Positions 56,517-64,000 of a stretch of 64,000 bases of DNA are shown one piece after another (the first letter of the stretch is position 1; every line of letters begins with the position of its first letter). This stretch comes from Schizochytrium sp. TIO01. Its lineage: Eukaryota > Protista > Bigyra: Labyrinthulomycetes. The notes under the pieces were generated by a model. That model was not told the DNA's origin. It saw only the letters and a list, made by a program, of their open reading frames with translations, and ran no database searches. Where the stretch lies: assembly GCA_004764695.1 (NCBI GenBank), contig SMSO01000008.1:310001-374000 (forward strand), given 5' to 3'. The position numbers were made by a program, and so were the translations under genes.

Positions 56517-58721
56517 ATGAGTTGGGTGGGAACCTCGCGCGCGGCGGAGCTAACGCCGCGGCGCGTGATGATCCCCGGGTCAAGGTCGTGCCGCGGCGGC
56601 GCCGCGGACGGCTTCCTGGTGCCGGATGCCGTGCCTCTTGGAGCCTCATCGGCCGGCCGAAGGACGCCCGCGCTGGCGGCGAACACCTTGACGAACGGCA
56701 ATAACGAGGAGGAGAAGGAGCGCCAAGGCGGAAACAACGACGAAGTGGAGCGCGCTGACCACAGGGCTCCGGAAAGTGGTTTCAATGGCGGCGCAGGGAC
56801 TGACCCTCAGCGCTATTACCATCAAGGGGGAAACAGCAAACCTGTCAATGGTAATGGCCGCGTCTCCAAGACCAGGTTTGGCGAGCTGATGAATATTGAT
56901 GGTCGTGAACTTGGAGATGGAGGAGAAGAAGCTCGCGAGCTGGGACTCTACAGCAGCGACTTGAAAGATAATCGCACTGAAGGTTTCCAACGTAACAGTA
57001 TTGACGGCATGAAGTTCAAAGTCAGCAATATGGCCACGATCGGGAGCGACTACTGGAGCAGGGGCATGGCTGGGCAAGGTCTCGGTTATAATGCCCTTAT
57101 AAATAATCGCATGAACTCAAGTTATTCGAACGCGGCATACTGCGGAGGCATGATACCTGGAGAAATCGCAAGCTCAGTAGCGGAATCTCGTAAAAGGCCT
57201 CGACCACCAACACTTGGAAACAGGCACTTCTCAGGGGAAGAAGCTGGGTTTGATTCAACAGTGGCCGGGAGTGTAGGTTCAACTGGTTTCGCAGGGTCCA
57301 GAGGCGTTTCTGAGGAGAGCTTTGCACCCCAAATTGTGCGAAGAGCAATAAAGAAAAAATCAATCCCACTTACAAAGAAATCCACTCTGGCTTCGCAATC
57401 CACACATCATCGTAAACGCAAGCTGGAAGATCAGCAAAAGGTTACTCGTGAAGAGGAAGAGAGAGAAGAAGGCGAGGATGACGACGACGACAACGACAAC
57501 GACAACGAGGATGGCGACGGCGACGGTGAGGAAGATGACACGCATACCATAAACTCTGTGTCAAGAAAAGTAAAGCAAGAGCGACTCGTGAACCGACGCA
57601 ACGCTGAGGCCTGCCGAAGGCAGCGTCAAAAACGCAAGGCAAATGAAGACAACTTACGAAGACAACACCGTGAATTAGAGGCAAGCAGAGAGCTTTTTTT
57701 GAAAAGGATTGCCGAGCTCCAGTTCGAGGTGGACACCTTATGTATGGCGGACAGTATTGATTTGCGTAAAGAGAATGAACTTTTGCGCATGGAGATTGCG
57801 AAACACAAAGAATTTATCCAGGAACTTGTGGACACTGTGCATAGGCAGCCATCTGTTCTCATGGAAGAGCAGGTTCGCGTGCTCAAGGGCGTCGCAGACA
57901 GAGCCGTCTCACAAGTGGTTGGCATGGTTCATACATCTGCTAACTGGCGCAAAGTGCACGTGATTCGTCACGAGAGTATGCTAGAAATGCATATTTATTG
58001 TGAATTGCTGCCTCGCAAAGTACCCATAAACGAGGTCAAGCGCATCAACATGCGCTGTGAGGTGCTTTTTGCACCCGCTTCATCACAAACGCTGCATCGG
58101 GTGCTTGCGTCCGAGTGGGCAAGTGGCGAAATTATGCAGAGTTTTTGTGCGCCTTGGCTCGTCCCCCCTGGTCCTGCATGGGCTGTGTCCAGTCTCAACT
58201 CCCGGCAAGTCAATCACGCCATGATGGCACTGGCCAAAGATAAACTTCGCGTTTATTCTTGGGAAGAACAAACTCATGGGCAAATTACTTTCAAAGCAAG
58301 CCTTGCATCATGTACTGCAGCACGTGAGCTTGTTCCTTCAGCTTTTATGGTACAACATGATGAACATGAACGACGTGACCAAGCCCTTGCCTTTGTTGAT
58401 GAAGGCCTTGTTCCGTGCCGCGTTCACGCTGCAATGACTTGCGATGAAGCTCTGGCAAAAGCAGACATCAAGACGCTCTCTTCCTCCAAATCAAAATGTA
58501 TTTATGGCTATACAATTGTACCTACAACCACGAACCCAGCTTCGGCACACATTATTACTGTTTCATCTTTGCCAGTCGGCGAGTTCTCCAAACTCAGAAA
58601 AACGAGCGATATGTTCTCAGAAGATGGATCTTTGACGGAAACCTTTGTTCGCGTCTTTCAAACACAGCTTGATTTCTTTGCAAACGTCCAACAACCATGT
58701 GCTGATCCAAGGTTTGTATGA
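56517..58721 (+). CDS. bZIP + C-terminal (START-like) domain protein, paralog I (long N-terminus)
   Basis: First ATG of the open frame; the true start is uncertain. NAEACRRQRQKRKANEDNL (~57600), MADSIDLRKENELL, LPRKVPINEVKRINMRCE, GYTIVP...AHIITVSSLPVG...DGSLT. Confidence 0.85.
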   Translation: MSWVGTSRAAELTPRRVMIPGSRSCRGGAADGFLVPDAVPLGASSAGRRTPALAANTLTNGNNEEEKERQGGNNDEVERADHRAPESGFNGGAGTDPQRYYHQGGNSKPVNGNGRVSKTRFGELMNIDGRELGDGGEEARELGLYSSDLKDNRTEGFQRNSIDGMKFKVSNMATIGSDYWSRGMAGQGLGYNALINNRMNSSYSNAAYCGGMIPGEIASSVAESRKRPRPPTLGNRHFSGEEAGFDSTVAGSVGSTGFAGSRGVSEESFAPQIVRRAIKKKSIPLTKKSTLASQSTHHRKRKLEDQQKVTREEEEREEGEDDDDDNDNDNEDGDGDGEEDDTHTINSVSRKVKQERLVNRRNAEACRRQRQKRKANEDNLRRQHRELEASRELFLKRIAELQFEVDTLCMADSIDLRKENELLRMEIAKHKEFIQELVDTVHRQPSVLMEEQVRVLKGVADRAVSQVVGMVHTSANWRKVHVIRHESMLEMHIYCELLPRKVPINEVKRINMRCEVLFAPASSQTLHRVLASEWASGEIMQSFCAPWLVPPGPAWAVSSLNSRQVNHAMMALAKDKLRVYSWEEQTHGQITFKASLASCTAARELVPSAFMVQHDEHERRDQALAFVDEGLVPCRVHAAMTCDEALAKADIKTLSSSKSKCIYGYTIVPTTTNPASAHIITVSSLPVGEFSKLRKTSDMFSEDGSLTETFVRVFQTQLDFFANVQQPCADPRFV

Positions 58722-60107
58722 TATCCGAATGGCGTACGTCCCTCTGAGCAATCGCATGCCGTTGCGTAGCCCATGCAGCCTTCGTCTTTGCCCGCGTTCT
58801 GTGAAGTTCTTGCTTGTTTGACTAGGTCAGGACTGCTCCTGATGATCAGAATTTAAGGGACTGTTTTAGGTCATGCCTTTAATCTCTTGTGAAGTCTCCT
58901 TCTCTTCTGCTGTAAATTTTTTGCAGCTTTGCTCAAAGTGGTATTGATTGTGATTGCTTGCCATGATGTACATTTGAAGAGTGCTTTGCAGCTCACTCAC
59001 GGGCTTGATGTCCATTTGTTTTCTGCTCAAAACATAGAATGTCTCATAAAGCAGCTTCGAGGTTCACGTACAAATGAGAACTACGAGGAACAATACCAGC
59101 GTTACCGTCTGAGCTATTGTAGACTTCATTCCCAATATCCGTGATCTCAATGGACACAGTTCATTGGAGCCCCCTGTGTTCACAGAGCAACTTTATCTAA
59201 ATCATTTGTATTAGTTATGTATGAAACGTTCAAGATTTTGCAACAATATGTTCTAAAGTACTCTTCCGCTGAACCTTACGATTCAAAGAAATAAAATTGA
59301 CATGCACATTCTACGCATCAACACTGGTAGGTAGGTACCTTCTCAATTGATCCAAAATTTTAGAAGTGCACATGAACTAGGTAGTCATTAAGTAATCTCA
59401 AAACAACATCAAAATAAACTTCTCCCGCGACATTAACTTGATGAAAATGCTGCAAATCAACCAAGAATTTCCCATTTGATCGTTTCTGGAATCAAAACAT
59501 TGTTTTAAAGAGAGTGGCGTAAATATCCTCTTATTTTACGCAGCCGCCATCAAAATTAATAACAAAGATACAGCATGCATGCACATTATCATCCTTTCGA
59601 TGTAAGATTGCGATCTGAAATTGCAGGAGAAGGCAGACAAGTTGCGTTAATTCTCATAGAAATATACTTTGAACAAATTTCAGGGGAAATGAGATAACTT
59701 GCGTTGATTCTTTTTTTAAAAGCGTCTCTATTTGTTTTTCAAAGTTATAGGCGTGGACCTCTTCTATAATATTACCTGAATCACTATAGCAAGCAGGTAA
59801 ATGGAGACCGCAAATATTCGCCAGGTTTTCATTTCATAGTCATAAACATCAGGCCTAACAACTTCATAAATTTTTCCATAGCACTGATTATTCGCTTGCA
59901 CTGTGTGTCTATTAAACATCAAAAGCATCACTGGGAGAATAACCATATTTGAGGAGCGCGAAAGGAATCCAAGAAAGAGGGAAATCGACGGCTCTAATCC
60001 GTTTCACCAGCCGCCTCTTTCTTTTCTTTTCTTTTACATATTTAGGTAACAAGGTTTAGGCATGTAAAAGTTAACGTCGAGCACCCATGGGTCTATAGTG
60101 GCCTGGC

Positions 60108-61661
60108 TCAAATATTTTCAGTTTCTGCAAATCCCATGATTACATCGGCAAAAATCTCGAATTGGCCCACTATTGAACGAGCGAACTCCTTCGTCAGGTC
60201 GCCACTGTCAGAGACAATGTCAAAAGACCCACTCAAAGACTCAAACTCGCCAGATGGAAACGAGAATGCCATAATAGCGTTTGATTGATTCACATCTATC
60301 TTGGACGGGACACAGACGTGTCCATAAACCATTTTGCCTTGCAAAATGTTCTCCGATTCCACTTTTGCAAACTCAAGGTCTTCGTCGCTGGATACGCTTG
60401 CATACATTTTGCATGGTACGACTCCATCATCTACGCTTGCGCAAATCTCATCTCGAAGAAAAGGATCATCGCCAGATGCGATAAAAGATCGAGGAACTAA
60501 GTCTCGCGTTGAGATGCAGGATGTAAAAGTGAATTCAACCACTGTATTATCTTTGTTGACCTCCTGCCCTCTCAGGAAGTAGACTTGCTCGTCAACAAGA
60601 GCTTCAGTAGCTTCCTGGATCTCAGGACTAATGACAGGTTCCATTCGAAGTTCGTGCGAATCAGATGACGCCAGGGCACTATAAAAGCTTCCCATCTTTT
60701 CAGGATCTGTCCAACACGATGTCAGAGCCAGGTGAAGTGCGTTGTCCGAGAGTGGGGCGCCAAGAATCTCATAGCGAATGTTCATACGCTTGACCTCACG
60801 TAGAGGAACACCTCGCGGCAGAAACTGTAAGCACATATTCATTACCATGCCCGATGGGTGTTGTACTGTGTAGTGACGAGTCCATTGCGAGGATGTGTAG
60901 ATCATACCAACAACCTGTGAGGTGGCTGAGTCAATGACATTCTTAAGCATACGAACTCGCTCGGACAGAACAAGGCTTGAAGACTTTTCGATGGATTTGG
61001 TAATGTTGGTCAAATAAGCTTTGTGCTTCGAGATTTCGACACGAAGCAACTGATTCTCCTTTTCCAGGTTGATCGACCCAGACATGCGTAGTGATTCAAC
61101 TTCTTGCTGGAGCTCAGCAATACGTTTGAGATAGAGTGGTCTCTTGCTTTCAAGCTCCTGGTTGCGGGTCTCGAGCGCTTCACGTTCAGCTTTCCGTTTC
61201 GCTCTGCGGCGTCTGCATTTAACCGCATTTTTACCCATGTCAGGCCCATCTTTAGGCGCAGTTTCACCTTGGCTCGATGCCTTGGAGGTAGCTCCGGTAG
61301 TCGCTGATTTAGACAGAGCTTTAGGGGTTTCTCGAGATTTGTTTTCATCATTTTCGGAGGATTCCTCTTGAGATCTTGAGCCTCGATCATCAGACGTCAG
61401 CGTCGCGGTGACACTGTCAGAGTTGCAAGCACGCCTTTCAACCTCATTATCAGAAGCGCCAGAGATGTTCGCAGGGTTGCCGGGAGCTGTAGCATTCTCT
61501 GCATCGTTATCGTCGTCCTCCACATTCCCGTCTTCCTCAGCAAGATCCAGGTCGAGCCATGGGTCTTCGTTGTCACCAATAGCGGCTTCCAGTTGATTGC
61601 CACTCAAGAGAAAGATATCCACGAGGTCCGAACTGAAGATGTTCACATCGTCGGATTCCAT
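60108..61661 (-). CDS. bZIP + C-terminal (START-like) domain protein, paralog J (inverted, divergent basic region)
   Basis: 517-aa ATG ORF. NAVKCRRRRAKRKAEREAL, YLKRIAELQ, KENQLLRVEI, LPRGVPLREVKRMNIRYE, GHVCVP...FSFPSG...SGDLT. Confidence 0.9.
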   Translation of the reverse strand: MESDDVNIFSSDLVDIFLLSGNQLEAAIGDNEDPWLDLDLAEEDGNVEDDDNDAENATAPGNPANISGASDNEVERRACNSDSVTATLTSDDRGSRSQEESSENDENKSRETPKALSKSATTGATSKASSQGETAPKDGPDMGKNAVKCRRRRAKRKAEREALETRNQELESKRPLYLKRIAELQQEVESLRMSGSINLEKENQLLRVEISKHKAYLTNITKSIEKSSSLVLSERVRMLKNVIDSATSQVVGMIYTSSQWTRHYTVQHPSGMVMNMCLQFLPRGVPLREVKRMNIRYEILGAPLSDNALHLALTSCWTDPEKMGSFYSALASSDSHELRMEPVISPEIQEATEALVDEQVYFLRGQEVNKDNTVVEFTFTSCISTRDLVPRSFIASGDDPFLRDEICASVDDGVVPCKMYASVSSDEDLEFAKVESENILQGKMVYGHVCVPSKIDVNQSNAIMAFSFPSGEFESLSGSFDIVSDSGDLTKEFARSIVGQFEIFADVIMGFAETENI

Positions 61662-64000
61662 GATGATCCTTTCACCCAGAAACCCTCCGTTCGCAGTTTG
61701 CCAGTGTCTGTTGCACGCCAGACAGAACCTTGGCCTCTAGATCAGTCTTTGTGAAAAATACAAAGTCTGACTCTGTTTCATTATTTCTCTCTTTTTTTTC
61801 TTTCTTTTTCTTTTTCCACCCCTATATTTCAGCCAACCTTTATTCTAACGCTACCTACCAAGTAACAAGAAGGAAGAAGAAAGAAAGAGCGACTCATAAT
61901 AATCGATAACGTTTTCTCAATTAGTTGGAATTTTGTTCTCCCCAGCTACTCATTTATATATATATTCCTTTTCATAAGTTCATCTCATCAGTTCCCGCAT
62001 AGATTTGCAGTCATAGGCAGACATGTATATCACTTTTTATCTTTATGAAAAAAAAACACTTTGAAGTAGCTACCTACTACCTACTACCTACTACCTACTC
62101 ACTAGTACTGGCAGCTGTTTATTTATATATTTTCTTTCTGTACTGCTGCCTTAAAAAAAAAGGTTTTCTTTCTCGAGTAGGGAATAGAATGGAGTGATTC
62201 TGATCATGGCTCATGAATCGCGCCGACGACGCTCACGAGATCGCAAACAGCGAGCTACTTGGTGAGGGAGAAATGACCTGCCTGGGCGCTGCCCACTTGC
62301 TGCTTCCCAGCTGTCAAAGGACTTATTTATTTATTTAGTTATTTATTTATGGATTGATTTATTCCTCGCTTGGGAGGTCTCCTGGGAAGCTCCACGCATT
62401 TCCAGCTGTGGCCCTCTTTTATTATATACTATATTTAATACCTGAGATATGCTCAAGTACTTTGCTCACGTACGCAGTCCAATCCTCTTCAGATGAATTC
62501 CATTAAAGCATCAACGCGAGTTGGACTTAGGGACTGCAGAGCTCATGGAGATAGATGTCTTCTTCTTCTTCTTCTTCTTCTTCTTCTTGCGGCACGTTAG
62601 TGAGCATGTGCGTCAAAAGGAGAATTGGGCTTTAAGGTCGGGCGAGGTACCTCGACAGTGCGAAACAGTTCACTGCCGTCTGCAGCTTTTGGGATTCTGT
62701 GTACATACATACACTTGGCATGCAGTGCAGCCTTTTCGACTCCGAGTCCTTCTATAAATCCACAAATCCGCAGCTCTCTGGAAGCAGACTGCGTGCTGGA
62801 ATCATGAGGTAAAGGTAAGTACGTCTCTCAATGATCACCATTAACTTCGTGGACTTTGGGTACTACCTCTATAGTGGTGTTTCTTCACCAGAGCCAACGA
62901 ATTGTGCAAACAAAGAAACAAACAAAGAAACAAACCAACAAACAGCGGTCTGACATGAAGGAGGTGAAACAATGCCTTTCCGGCTTCCGGCTTCTCGACG
63001 ATCTTGGCCGACTTATCGCACCTCGACCTCTTCTTGAAGCAGGTACAACGACTTCAAGGTGTTTGTTTACCTTCACTTAGACTACTTCGTCCAACCTCAC
63101 GTTGCATCGGTTGTAAACCTTCCCTGCAATCAAGCACGCAGAAGGTACCTGAAGTGCCCTGCGCAGCGCAAGTTCATTGGCGTGAACCCTGGGCGACCGG
63201 GGGGTAGAGCAGAGCAGGACGCAGCGAAACTAACGCGACGCGAGAAGAATTAATAAACAAATGAGTTCATAGTTAATCTAATCGAAGAGACTTAAAAAGA
63301 AGAATATCACAGTGCTTCCTACAGAAAAGAGCAGAAGAATGAAGAAGAACTCAGAGATTGGAAGCGAAGAAAGAATCGGCACTTCAGTCTCTCGAGCCTG
63401 GAGCTCGCTCGCATCGATGGGCTTCTTTCGTCCACTGGCTCGTGGCCAGTGCTGGCTGGAGCTGGAGCTCGCTCGGGTGCGAGCTAGCCCGTCTGCAGCT
63501 GAAGCGTGGCAGAGCAGGCTGCGCGAATCGATCGATGCCAGTGGGGTCTTGAAGACCAGCTCGGGCAAGCTGTCGCAAGTTGGCAACTTCGAGCGGAGCT
63601 CAGCACTCGAGATTGCGCTACAGAGCGCAAGAAACAGCTCTGCGGCTGTCGCCAACTGTAAGCAAGCCTCGGATCGCGACTTTTGCGAGCCACGAGTGCG
63701 CGGGTGGCCTCGCGAGGAGAACTAGCAACACGCCAAAGTCAAGCTTAAGCTCCTCAACCGCTTCGCTCGCGACTCATCAGCGATGCCTTGGGCAACTTGG
63801 ACTTGCAGCGGCTGGCTAGCTCGAGCTTGACAGCCAGACAGCCAGCCAGCCAGCCAGCCTCTCCGTCAACGCAACCACCACGAAGCGACGCATGCACTCT
63901 CGAGTCCGTCTCGCTCGATGACCATCGGCCAAGGCCGTTGGACATAGATGTGCTCATGCCCAGGTACCTACAGATCTCTTCACCCGAGGCTGAGTTCGTT

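Noticed and set aside
63278-63725. 125-137 aa overlapping ORFs near the window end
   Set aside because: A GC-rich island yields ORFs on both strands, and there is no recognisable domain.

Overview
Eukaryotic, intron-poor, microsatellite-rich DNA. Gene content and repeat style suggest a stramenopile protist such as a labyrinthulomycete/thraustochytrid; this is an inference and is not proven. The window opens with a PH-PDZ-DH-PH RhoGEF gene (504-3479), followed by two decayed Ty1/Copia relics in opposite orientations (~5.3-8.8 kb on +, ~9.3-9.9 kb on -). The remaining ~51 kb is a tandem array of ten paralogous, apparently single-exon genes, nine on + and the last on -. Each encodes a variable low-complexity N-terminus, an atypical bZIP (NAEAC-R-x-x-R basic region, zipper-loop-zipper) and a conserved ~300-aa C-terminal domain with START/SRPBCC-like motif spacing. 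The array is a candidate cluster of ligand (lipid)-sensing transcription factors, with subfamilies arranged in chromosomal order. An AT-rich ~2.6 kb insert carrying two decayed, divergently oriented ORFs of unknown origin lies between the 2nd and 3rd paralogs. Two ~10 kb spacers alternate GC/CpG-rich blocks with microsatellites. I recognised no rRNA, tRNA or CRISPR features.
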